DNA from: Thermostichus sp. DRC_bins_24
Lineage (GTDB): Bacteria; Cyanobacteriota; Cyanobacteriia; Thermostichales; Thermostichaceae
Assembly (NCBI GenBank): GCA_039794845.1
Contig: JAUQVK010000048.1
Location: 19,018-37,850 of the forward strand
Direction of reading: 5' to 3'
DNA length: 18,833 nt
Part shown: positions 1-8,006 of the stretch, in pieces
How positions within the stretch are numbered: position 1 is the stretch's first letter
How the letters are laid out: every line of letters begins with the position of its first letter
Notes under the pieces: generated by a model
Databases searched by the model: none
What the model was told of the DNA's origin: nothing
What the model saw: only the letters and a program-made list of their open reading frames with translations
Program-made: the position numbers and the translations under genes

Positions 1-100
1 CTCTGTAATACCTTGTGCAAGCTCTCCTTTGCAGCCGACAGATCACCCCTAAGATAAGCTTGAACTCCTTGAGATAACTGTGCAGAAATCTCTGGCCTGT

Positions 101-206
101 GCTCAGTCATTATGGGTTAACCCTACAACTGTAGAAGTTGAAATCTCCCTACCGGGTGATTTAGAAAGCAAAAGCCCTGCCATGGAGAACCCTCGCAAAA
201 GCTGTA
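101..206 (+). mobile_element. Degenerate copy (body and right end) of the TACAGCCCTT...AAGGGCTGTA MITE-like repeat family
   Basis: 163-206 AGAAAGCAAAAGCCCTGCCATGGAGAACCCTCGCAAAAGCTGTA aligns to the right ends terminating at 10852 and 11083. Upstream GCTCAGTCAT, CCTACAAC and GAAGTTGAAATCT match internal blocks of the other copies. Confidence 0.55.
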
Positions 207-307
207 CTAGCGGCTCTTCCCTGGATCATGACAAGAGGCTTTACAGTGATTCCTGGTCATCTGTAGGTCCTCAGACTATTGTAGCTTCTTCGTCTCCACA
301 ACCCTGC

Positions 308-2062
308 TTAAGGGATGGAAGCATCAACTGTTGTTGTAACTGTACTGGTATTGTTGGACAAATTGACATCCCCTGATAAACTCACAGTCACCGAATTCAC
401 AAACGTCCCTGTCATAGAAAATGTCCCGAACACAAAGAGGGTTACAACTTCAAAGGCATCAAGAGTTCCAAAATTACAAGTTAAATTGGAAAGAATAGTA
501 CAGAACGCCGTGTCGGAAACAGAGGTAGGAACAAACCCAGAAGGAAACGTATCGGTGAGAGTAACTGAGGAGGTTGTAGCAACAGAGGTATTATTAAAAA
601 CAGATAAGGTGTAGGTGTAGAACGCAAATTCCTCTGCAGAATCTGAACCGGACTTAAATACGCCAACATCCTGCCCGATAGTGATGGTTGTCAAATCCGT
701 ATCTGAGACGGGAGTAGTTTGCGCAGAATCTACCTCCACTGTGTTGGTTAAGGTAGAAGGCACAGGGAAGCCAGGCCCGCAACCGTTCCTTCCTTCTGGG
801 GAATCCAGCAGCCCAATACACTCCTCTCCAAAAGGAGCGGCAGCAACGATCTGCAGGGTTAGGGTCTCAGCAGGAGAGAGTTCTCCAATTGAGCAAACCA
901 CTACGTCTGGTCCAGAGCTGCTGAGGGTGCAAGCTGGATCAGAAGCAGAAAAGAATTCCAGTTCTGGTGGGAGGGTATCGGTAAGAACGACCCCGGTAGC
1001 TGTGCCATCTCCGGTATTGGTAACCGTAATCGAGTAGGTGAGGGCTCCGGAAAGGGAATCAAAGAACTGGAAGTCGCTGATAGCGCCAATACCATCCGTT
1101 TTGGAGACCGTGAGATCCACGGTTGTCTCAGGGGGTGGGGGCGGCGGCGGTGGGGCAACTGGCGGCGGCGGGGGTGGAACAACAGGTGGAGCTGGAGGCG
1201 GTGGAGCCGGAGGCGGCACGGGAGTAGGAGTGGGCAGAGGGAGATCCTCCAGCTCGGTCTCAATGGTGCCGTTGGGGGTAACAATTTGTAGAATTCCGGC
1301 GCCAGGGCCGGGGAGTAGCAATACTTGCAACTGACAGTCTGGGGGAGTGCCGATCACCAGAAGAGACAGAACCGGCTGCCCATTGAAGTTCACGGCAGTG
1401 GTATCACAAAGATTTTCGCCCTTGATGAGCAGTTGTAGGCCATTGCCAACAAGAGTTGCCTCAATTTCGGTGATACTGGGAGGATTGGATCCCCTCACTC
1501 GGTCGATGCGGAAGTTTCGCTGAACGGAATAAGCAAATCCTGCCTGGTCGAAAAAGGTGAGGATAAGGGTATAGTTGCGTCCAGCAGCAAGATCAAAATT
1601 CAGATCTGGCCCTAGGGGAGTACAGGAACCACCGGCTACTGTTGCGGCGGTGCAGCCAATTTCTGCGGCAGAAAAGCTCTGCTGAAAAGGGATCCCTAAA
1701 GCACGCCCTAAAGGTTGGGGAATCGTGATTTCAATTTGAAGTGCTAGGTCTGGCTTCAGCCCGTTCTCAAAGGTGAGAATACTGTTGCGGAAGAGCCGAT
1801 AAAAGATTGGAGTGAAGGAGGTGACCCGGGTGCCATCCGGGAAGCCAACGACAGATGCCTCGACACTGGCTTGAGTGGAGGAGGAAAAACCTGAAGGCTG
1901 GCCGGGGGGTTGGGGCTGAAGGGAAGGGGTAGGAGCACTGACTGTTGTACTGCTGTTGCTATCGCCACAGCCGACAAATGTGGAACTCAATATGAACAGC
2001 AGCATCACCAGCGGGATCTGCTTAACCGAGAGCAAAAGCTTTAACAGAAACCTGGTGACCAT
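308..2062 (-). CDS. Surface lipoprotein: N-terminal Cys-containing beta domain, IPT/TIG-like domain, polyproline linker, two DUF11 (OmcB-like) repeats
   Basis: 584-aa ORF with hydrophobic signal and lipobox-like FVGC. PPSITEI...IKGENL...VNFNG...IVTPNG resembles IPT/TIG, followed by a long P-rich linker. DLTVSKT...LTYSITVTNTGDGTATGVVLTDTLP and DVGVFKS...YTYTLSVFN...VTLTDTFP...DVNLSNNTS are DUF11 signatures. Confidence 0.85.
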   Translation of the reverse strand: MVTRFLLKLLLSVKQIPLVMLLFILSSTFVGCGDSNSSTTVSAPTPSLQPQPPGQPSGFSSSTQASVEASVVGFPDGTRVTSFTPIFYRLFRNSILTFENGLKPDLALQIEITIPQPLGRALGIPFQQSFSAAEIGCTAATVAGGSCTPLGPDLNFDLAAGRNYTLILTFFDQAGFAYSVQRNFRIDRVRGSNPPSITEIEATLVGNGLQLLIKGENLCDTTAVNFNGQPVLSLLVIGTPPDCQLQVLLLPGPGAGILQIVTPNGTIETELEDLPLPTPTPVPPPAPPPPAPPVVPPPPPPVAPPPPPPPPETTVDLTVSKTDGIGAISDFQFFDSLSGALTYSITVTNTGDGTATGVVLTDTLPPELEFFSASDPACTLSSSGPDVVVCSIGELSPAETLTLQIVAAAPFGEECIGLLDSPEGRNGCGPGFPVPSTLTNTVEVDSAQTTPVSDTDLTTITIGQDVGVFKSGSDSAEEFAFYTYTLSVFNNTSVATTSSVTLTDTFPSGFVPTSVSDTAFCTILSNLTCNFGTLDAFEVVTLFVFGTFSMTGTFVNSVTVSLSGDVNLSNNTSTVTTTVDASIP

Positions 2063-2381
2063 ACGTGCTCACTCACTTAGCTATGGGTTCTCATGACTTT
2101 GATGATGGTGACAGCACTAGAGGTTCTCAACATCAATGCCTCGTGGAGCAAAGATCCTAAGTCACGTAAGGCTTCTGCTCCACCACGTTTCCAGGAGAGC
2201 CAGCTATGTGACCGTGAACTCTTTAGAGCTTAAGTGAGTTAAGCACAGATCTATCCAAAGTGCAATGAACTCAAAGCATTTGTTTGAGAGTTTGTTTTTT
2301 CTGGATCTACTCTCTGGACATATTAAGCAAATGAAATGAATGGAATAGGGTGACACCTTATGTGCTACTGACGTTTAAGCC

Positions 2382-2825
2382 TTAGGGATCCGTCAGCAAC
2401 ACGATCTCGGTCACCACCGCACTTTGCCCCAAGCGGTCAAAAGCTCGCAGGCTAAGTTGGTAGGAGCCCGGCACCAAGCTCACGGGGGGACGAATACTGA
2501 AGCGGGTTGTACAAGACACTTCACCAGAAATGCAATTTACCTCAGCCGCCGAAAGGGTTTGAGCCGCAATGCCCGACCAAGTGACTTGAAAGGCCAGCTC
2601 GGCAGGGATCCGCCCCGGTACCGATACGGAAACGCCAATTTCCAGCACCCCGGTGCGGCTGACGGTGGGGGGAATGTCGCTGCTGGTGATCAGGGGCGGC
2701 AAAGGGGTCGTGGCGGTAAGGGCATCGGCCCCGCAACCGGTCAAACCTAGGCCGAGTAAAGCCAATAGATACCCCCATGCTTTGGATCCCGGTTTCATCA
2801 CAGGACTTCGTCTCAAAACCCACAT
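2382..2825 (-). CDS. Small lipoprotein, paralogous to the N-terminal domain of the downstream DUF11 protein
   Basis: Lipobox LGLTGC after a hydrophobic stretch. Shares SAAE-x-x-C...SCT...YxLxL..FD..G with the 584-aa protein. The true start may be the ATG of MKPGSK. Confidence 0.75.
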   Translation of the reverse strand: MWVLRRSPVMKPGSKAWGYLLALLGLGLTGCGADALTATTPLPPLITSSDIPPTVSRTGVLEIGVSVSVPGRIPAELAFQVTWSGIAAQTLSAAEVNCISGEVSCTTRFSIRPPVSLVPGSYQLSLRAFDRLGQSAVVTEIVLLTDP

Positions 2826-2967
2826 TCTCAGTATAGGCGGGGTATGCGGTAGCTTTAGTGTCGATTCGGGAAAAGGTTAAAAATTCACGCCATATGTAGT
2901 GTCAAACTGGATATTCGCCAAGACCATCTGCTACAGTGAGGCCCATGACCTGTTGAGCGGCCTGGCT

Positions 2968-4656
2968 ATGGAAGAGGAGTTAAAAGCCTTGCGGGCGCGT
3001 GTGCGCAACCTGGAGCGATCCCTGGCGGAATCTGAGGCGCTGTCGTTGCAGCAGATTGAGTGTACCCATCGTTTGGAACACCAGCTGTTTGAGGCACAAG
3101 CCCAGATCAATGAGCGAGATCAAGCCCTGCAAGCCTGTCAGCAGGAGCAATCTCTGTTGGCGCAACGCCCCACAGCAGAGGCCTTTCAGCTGCAGCAACA
3201 GCACATCGAGGAACTGCAAAACCTGCTGTGGGAAATGGAGCGCCGCCCCACCCTCGAGCATTACCAAATCCTGCAACAGCAGTTGCAGACCAGCCAGGCG
3301 GAAATTGACATGCTCAAGGCGGAATTGCAGCGGCGCGTCGATCCGGCCCGGTTTTATCAGCTGCAGCAGGAGCTCCTGGAGCTGAAACAGCACGCCAGCC
3401 AGTTGGGGGAATACGCCGTCAAATTGCCCCAGGTGCAGCTCTTGCAAGCCCAGTTGCAACTGCGCCTACAGGAGCTGGAGGAAGAAAAGGCGCAGTTGCA
3501 AGCACAAATCCAAGAACTGTCGGGTCGGCCCTCGGCTCAAGAGCTTGAAGCTCTACGAGCGGAGCTGGAAGGATCCCACCGCCAAGCGGCAGCCGAATGG
3601 CAACACCTGAAGACCACCCTGGAAACCGAAAAAGCACACATGGAAGCCGACCTGAACACTGCTCAACAACGCATTCGCGAATTGGAAGAACGCCCCACCC
3701 TAGACCAATGGGCACGTCTGCAATCGGAGCTGGATCACTTACGCCAACAGGCCTCTTTTGCCAAAGCAGAACGCGCCACTCTGCTGGAAGAGTTGCAGCA
3801 AAGCCAACAGCACCAGGCAGAACAGGCGCAACAGATCGCTGCTCTCGAGGCGGAGCTACAGGCTCTGCGGCAGGAGACCTCCCCAGGTTTGGTTGCTGAC
3901 CAGGCGGAACAGGCCCAGCGGATAAGGGCACTGGAGGAGCAGGTGCAGGCCTTGACCGGCAGCTTGGATGCTCTACAGGCTGAGCGTGACGAGCTGATCC
4001 AGGAGCTGACCCAGCGCCCCACCCTCACCCAATGGCAGGAGGTTCAGGAACAGATGCGGGAGCTGGCCCAGCGACCGACCCGGGAAAGCCTGGAAGAAGC
4101 CCAGCGGGGACGGGAGGTGGCGGAGGCACACCATCTGGTGAGCCAGAAGCAGATCGACAAGTTGCAACAGCAGGTGATGGTGCTGAAAACGGAGTGTGTG
4201 CAGGCCCATGCCTACGCCCAAACCCAGGAAAAAGAAGTAGCCCTGCTGCAGCAACTCAAACAGGAACTCGAGGACCAACTGGCCACCCTACGCCAGGCTT
4301 CTGCATCTGCCACAGCTCCCCCTCAAGAGGCGGCTGAACCCAAGCCTGCCCGCCTAAGTTGGGAGCTGATTCATCCTGGTGCTGCTGAACCTGCCCCTCA
4401 ACCGGTGGTGGCTGCGGTTCAACCGGTTGCCCAACCCCTGACCTGGAGGACACCGGCTGGGGCACCGGCCACGGCTGCCACAGGGATCCCTCCCCTCACC
4501 CTAGAAGAGCGAGAGGATCGGGCGGAGAAGCTGCTGAAACGGTCGGTTTTGGCGGCGGGTACCAGGCCACGAGCTGGGGGGGAAACGGGCAGTCGCAGCT
4601 TGGGTGGGCGGAGCCGCATTGAGCTACCGGCTTTTGTGCAGCGCCGTGCCTATTAG
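2968..4656 (+). CDS. Long coiled-coil protein (Q/E/L-rich) with P/A-rich C-terminal linker
   Basis: ORF open from GTG 2899; ATG at 2968 (MEEELKALR) is the more plausible start. Heptad-rich Q/E/L composition over ~440 aa with a recurring RPT motif. Confidence 0.85.
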   Translation: MEEELKALRARVRNLERSLAESEALSLQQIECTHRLEHQLFEAQAQINERDQALQACQQEQSLLAQRPTAEAFQLQQQHIEELQNLLWEMERRPTLEHYQILQQQLQTSQAEIDMLKAELQRRVDPARFYQLQQELLELKQHASQLGEYAVKLPQVQLLQAQLQLRLQELEEEKAQLQAQIQELSGRPSAQELEALRAELEGSHRQAAAEWQHLKTTLETEKAHMEADLNTAQQRIRELEERPTLDQWARLQSELDHLRQQASFAKAERATLLEELQQSQQHQAEQAQQIAALEAELQALRQETSPGLVADQAEQAQRIRALEEQVQALTGSLDALQAERDELIQELTQRPTLTQWQEVQEQMRELAQRPTRESLEEAQRGREVAEAHHLVSQKQIDKLQQQVMVLKTECVQAHAYAQTQEKEVALLQQLKQELEDQLATLRQASASATAPPQEAAEPKPARLSWELIHPGAAEPAPQPVVAAVQPVAQPLTWRTPAGAPATAATGIPPLTLEEREDRAEKLLKRSVLAAGTRPRAGGETGSRSLGGRSRIELPAFVQRRAY

Positions 4657-4710
4657 TCGCCGCGACAAGCTGCTGAGGAGAGGTGGGGAATCGGGCAAAC
4701 TGGAATCCCC

Positions 4711-5526
4711 CTAAATCCACTGCAACCCAACTAGAACCATCGCGGTCACCAAGGCCAGCTTGGTGGCCGCCCAACTGTAGGGATCCCTGCGGGTATCCGG
4801 AGGCAGCAGAGAGGGCGCCTGTCCGTAGCCCCGTAATCGCAACGCCTGGTAGACCCGCTCCGCACGCTCGTAGCTGCGGATCAGCAAGGTGCCCACCAAC
4901 GAGGCCAAAAGGGGTAGATCACGCCTCAAAGATCCACCAGGTTGCCAACCCCGTAGTTGGGCTGCCCGTCGCATTTGCCCCCACTGGGCGCTGATCTCTT
5001 GGAGATACCGCTGGGTGAGCCAGGCCAGTTCCAGAAGCAATTCTGGGATCCCCAGCCGCCGCAAAGCCCCGAATAGCTCCATCGGGGGGGTGGTTTCCAG
5101 CAGCAGCAAGCTGAGGGTAAAAATGGCCAACAGGCGGCCCCCAATCCGCAACACCGTCTCAATCCCTTCCCAACGCAGCGCCAGGGATCCCCAGCGCCAA
5201 ATCACGGTTTCCCCCACCCAAAAGGGCAGGATCCCGATTAACCCCATCACCAGCAGCCCTGGCAAGGCCAGCCGCCGCAGCCCCAAACCCCAGGGTAATC
5301 CCGACAATCCCCACAACCCAGCCGCAATAGCTCCGATCAGCGGCAGCACAGCCAAGCGTTGAACAGAAGCAAAAGCAACCACTAAGGCCAGCAAGCCCAG
5401 CAGTTTGGGCAAAGGCCGCCACCGATGTATCCAGGAGAGGGAGTTGGAGTGGGGAGTGGGACAAATGGTTAGCGCTAGGGATCCCCTGTGGAGATCGGAT
5501 CCCGGGCTGGCCTCATTTTTTTCCAT
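4711..5526 (-). CDS. cbiQ: Cobalt/nickel ECF transporter T component CbiQ
   Basis: SWIHRW.P..KL, multiple TM helices, ALRRLGIP..L.EL..LTQRYL, MRRAAQLRG and LLIRSYERAERVYQALRLRGY motifs; lies directly downstream of cbiM. Exact start uncertain. Confidence 0.9.
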   Translation of the reverse strand: MEKNEASPGSDLHRGSLALTICPTPHSNSLSWIHRWRPLPKLLGLLALVVAFASVQRLAVLPLIGAIAAGLWGLSGLPWGLGLRRLALPGLLVMGLIGILPFWVGETVIWRWGSLALRWEGIETVLRIGGRLLAIFTLSLLLLETTPPMELFGALRRLGIPELLLELAWLTQRYLQEISAQWGQMRRAAQLRGWQPGGSLRRDLPLLASLVGTLLIRSYERAERVYQALRLRGYGQAPSLLPPDTRRDPYSWAATKLALVTAMVLVGLQWI

Positions 5527-6325
5527 GCAGGCTGAGATAAGCAGGGTGAGGTTCTTCTACCTGTGCCTTGAGGTGGGGAGGTTGAGGTCGAGGATCCCCC
5601 AAAAGGTCGGGCTGCACCCGCTGTAAAAACAGCACCACCCAACTGGTAAACAACCCCTCCAACAGGATTAGGGGAATGTGGGCCAAAACCAAGCTGCCGG
5701 TGGCCAGTCGTTCTGCCTCTGTGGACAGGATCCCACTGCCGGAGCCCGCCAAAGCGGCAATCACCACCCCATAAAACAACAGCACCGCCAACCCCACCCC
5801 CACAGCCCCCGCCAAAAAGGCAGAAAATCCGGTACCCACCACGCGACGCCCCGCCCGAAAGATCCCGCCCGCCAGGAGTGCCGGGATCCCCATGATGGCG
5901 GCATTGATCCCCAACGTGGTCAGCCCCCCGTGCCCAAAGGCCACCACTTGAAAAAACAGGCCCACCACAATGGCGGGATAGGCAAAAGCCCCCAACATCA
6001 AGCCTACTAACCCATTCAGTACCAAGTGCACGCTGGCGGGGGGAAACGGCAGGTGAATGGAGGAGGCAACAAAAAAGGCAGCCGTGAGCAGAGCCGCCTT
6101 GGGGAGGTGACGACGGGGATCCTGCTCCGCACCTCGCTTAGGGAGAACGTTTTCCAGACGGGCGAGAGACTGGGCGTCCTGTGAAGGGGTAGAAGGGTCA
6201 ACAGCTACTGTCAAGCGACTGGATCCACGGCGGAGCACTCGCAAGCTGTAGCTGGTGATCAAAGCAGTGATGCCGTAGCCCCCTAACCAAAGCGGCACCG
6301 GCAGAATGCCATCGCTGATGTGCAT
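5513..6325 (-). CDS. cbiM: Cobalt/nickel ECF transporter S component CbiM (NikM/CbiM family)
   Basis: N-terminal MHISDG metal-binding motif; AAFFVASSIH.P.PPASVHLVLNGLVG, FGHGGLTTLGINA and HIPLILLEGLFT motifs. Confidence 0.93.
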   Translation of the reverse strand: MHISDGILPVPLWLGGYGITALITSYSLRVLRRGSSRLTVAVDPSTPSQDAQSLARLENVLPKRGAEQDPRRHLPKAALLTAAFFVASSIHLPFPPASVHLVLNGLVGLMLGAFAYPAIVVGLFFQVVAFGHGGLTTLGINAAIMGIPALLAGGIFRAGRRVVGTGFSAFLAGAVGVGLAVLLFYGVVIAALAGSGSGILSTEAERLATGSLVLAHIPLILLEGLFTSWVVLFLQRVQPDLLGDPRPQPPHLKAQVEEPHPAYLSLHGKK

Positions 6326-6327
6326 GG

Positions 6328-6858
6328 TTAGTCCTGCTCCAGGGCAGGGGCGGTGAACGCTGGCCTTGGGGCTTTAGATCCTGGGCGTGGGGTAGAGAAA
6401 AACAAGGCTGTACCCAAGCAACCCCAAATCACACAGGCGGCCATAACCCCTCGTTGTAAAGGCCCAAAGGGGGGAGAACTGCTGCTGATCCCAGCTGCCG
6501 TGGTGGCATCCGCTCCCACCGGCACATTCAACAGCACCCCATGCCCGGCCTGGCGAATCCGTACTTGCCAAAGGCCCGGCAGTTCTGGATCCGGTTGCAA
6601 CAGAAACTGCCCGGCAGCATCCGTTTGTCCCTCTTGCCAGGGTGTGGTCGGATCCGTCGGCGCAAACACCGTGACTTGGGCGGATCCCATCGGTTCACCG
6701 GAATCGTAGCGGGCCTCGATTTGAAAGGTGGGAATGGCCCGAAAAGAGGCTTCTACCCCATGAGCCAAAGCCCGAGCAGGCATGAGCAAGCTAAGGCCCA
6801 GCAGCCCCAGTCCTAAGCGGCGATAAAGATTCCAACTTCTCGGCGAGAATGTGTACAT
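6328..6858 (-). CDS. CbiL/NikL-like accessory protein of Co/Ni ECF transporter (carboxypeptidase-regulatory-like fold, C-terminal TM)
   Basis: Signal peptide ending ALA-H; ARYDSGEPM..AQVTVFAP..P..PWQ.G.TD..G.F...PD....G.W.V.IRQAGHG; C-terminal TM helix; ends 2 bp before the cbiM start. Confidence 0.8.
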   Translation of the reverse strand: MYTFSPRSWNLYRRLGLGLLGLSLLMPARALAHGVEASFRAIPTFQIEARYDSGEPMGSAQVTVFAPTDPTTPWQEGQTDAAGQFLLQPDPELPGLWQVRIRQAGHGVLLNVPVGADATTAAGISSSSPPFGPLQRGVMAACVIWGCLGTALFFSTPRPGSKAPRPAFTAPALEQD

Positions 6859-6888
6859 ACAGCCCTTTCGCTAGTCACACACAACAAC
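6858..6888 (+). repeat. Isolated left end of the MITE-like family, filling the whole intergenic gap
   Basis: TACAGCCCTTTCGCTAGTCACACACAACAA matches 10924-10934 joined to 10959-10977 with one mismatch. Confidence 0.7.
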
Positions 6889-7809
6889 TTAGGAACCGGC
6901 AGCAGTCTCGCGGCAGTGCCCTTCTCCCACATGGCCTAGGTGTTTCAGGATCTCCATGATTTGCTCAGCCTCTGTGGGGCTAAGCTGCTCTTGCAGGCCG
7001 GCCCAATCCATCTCCAGGGATCCCTCAGTCGCCAAAGCGGCCAAAGGGGCAAACCCAAGCGCCCCCTGGTTGAGGCCGTCCTCAGGGGGCAACTCCCCAT
7101 CCCCGAACAGATGGTCGAAGTGGAAAGTCGCCTCCAAATCCGCAACCTGGCCTGCACGGACGAACCCTTTGCGTTCCTCGCCGACATACTCGCCACAGGT
7201 AAAGGCCAGTTCTTGGGGGAATTTGAGCACAAAATCAATCGCGTCGTTGGCATCACCCTCCTCCGGTTGAGCGGATCCCTGAATCCAGAGGGAATAGCCC
7301 GCAGCCGGGCCAGAAACTGCCGGAACCATCCGCCAAGAGAAGGCATTGTAGTGCCCAGGGGGAGCAGCGAGAGATCCCAGAAAGGCGCGTTCTTCCGGAG
7401 TGCTGACCAGATTCACGGTGAGCGGCCCAGACAAGCTGACCAAGGCTTTGGGCTGGAGGGCCATGTCGGATTCGGGCTCAAAGGGCGGATCCGTCTGATA
7501 GGCGGTCATGTCTGCCAGCGTCACGTACACCTGATCAAAGCTCAGTACCCAGCCATCTTTGGAAACGAATCCCTCGCGGATAAAGTCCTCGCCGTTGGCC
7601 CAAAACTCCAGAGTGCCCGTCTCTGCCTCTGACTGAGCTAGGGATGCGGGTGCCGGCTCACGTTCGGGCGCTTCGACTCTGGGCTCGGAAACCGGTCGGC
7701 AGGCGACCAGAGGGGATCCCATCCCCAGTGCCAGAAGCACTAAGGTCAACCCCTTCCCCAAGGGATCCCTTTTTTTGGCCGTGCCCAACCGAAATGGAGT
7801 ATGCTTCAC
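6889..7809 (-). CDS. DUF4382-like periplasmic lipoprotein leading the cbiMQ cluster
   Basis: Lipobox LVAC; ANGEDFIREGFVSKDGW...FD.VYV, CGEYVGEERKG, EATFHFDHLFGD and C-terminal HLGHVGEGHC motifs, as recalled for cyanobacterial proteins encoded before cbiM. Start codon uncertain. Confidence 0.75.
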   Translation of the reverse strand: MKHTPFRLGTAKKRDPLGKGLTLVLLALGMGSPLVACRPVSEPRVEAPEREPAPASLAQSEAETGTLEFWANGEDFIREGFVSKDGWVLSFDQVYVTLADMTAYQTDPPFEPESDMALQPKALVSLSGPLTVNLVSTPEERAFLGSLAAPPGHYNAFSWRMVPAVSGPAAGYSLWIQGSAQPEEGDANDAIDFVLKFPQELAFTCGEYVGEERKGFVRAGQVADLEATFHFDHLFGDGELPPEDGLNQGALGFAPLAALATEGSLEMDWAGLQEQLSPTEAEQIMEILKHLGHVGEGHCRETAAGS

Positions 7810-7925
7810 CAGTTGTTCTGCATCGGTACTGTTCTACCGAAACACAGGTTTTCCTCTGTCACAATCCCCCGCCAGGGCATCTGTGGGCGAAAAGGTCGGG
7901 ATCCCTGAGGTTGTAGTTACTCCAA

Positions 7926-7950
7926 ATAAGAACGATATAAGAACGATATA
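7926..7950. promoter_or_regulatory. 11-bp tandem direct repeat (ATAAGAACGAT x2), candidate operator of the Co/Ni uptake operon
   Basis: Perfect repeat at 7926-7936 and 7937-7947 in an AT-rich island ~120 bp upstream of the first gene of the cluster. Confidence 0.45.
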
Positions 7951-7960
7951 CCCTTTGACT

Positions 7961-7998
7961 CCCCTCTCCCGCTCTGGGAGAGGGGCTAGGGGTGAGGG
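7961..7998 (-). repeat. Short palindromic dispersed repeat (CCCTCACCCC...CCCCTCTCCC-N5-GGGAGAGGGG type), possible terminator of the SH3b gene
   Basis: Perfect 10-bp stem CCCCTCTCCC/GGGAGAGGGG (7961-7985) plus GGGGTGAGGG tail, a few bp past the stop of the 8007-8945 gene. Confidence 0.7.
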
Positions 7999-8006
7999 AA
8001 AGAGGG

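Noticed and set aside
80..376. 98-aa + strand ORF
   Set aside because: Runs through a repeat copy and overlaps the DUF11 gene end; no protein-like features.
1038..1334. Gly-rich + strand ORF
   Set aside because: Antisense shadow of the polyproline linker.
7810..7960. Cobalamin riboswitch expected upstream of the cbiM cluster
   Set aside because: No recognisable B12-box or conserved GGGAA/GCCCCCGCAACTGT core on the minus strand.
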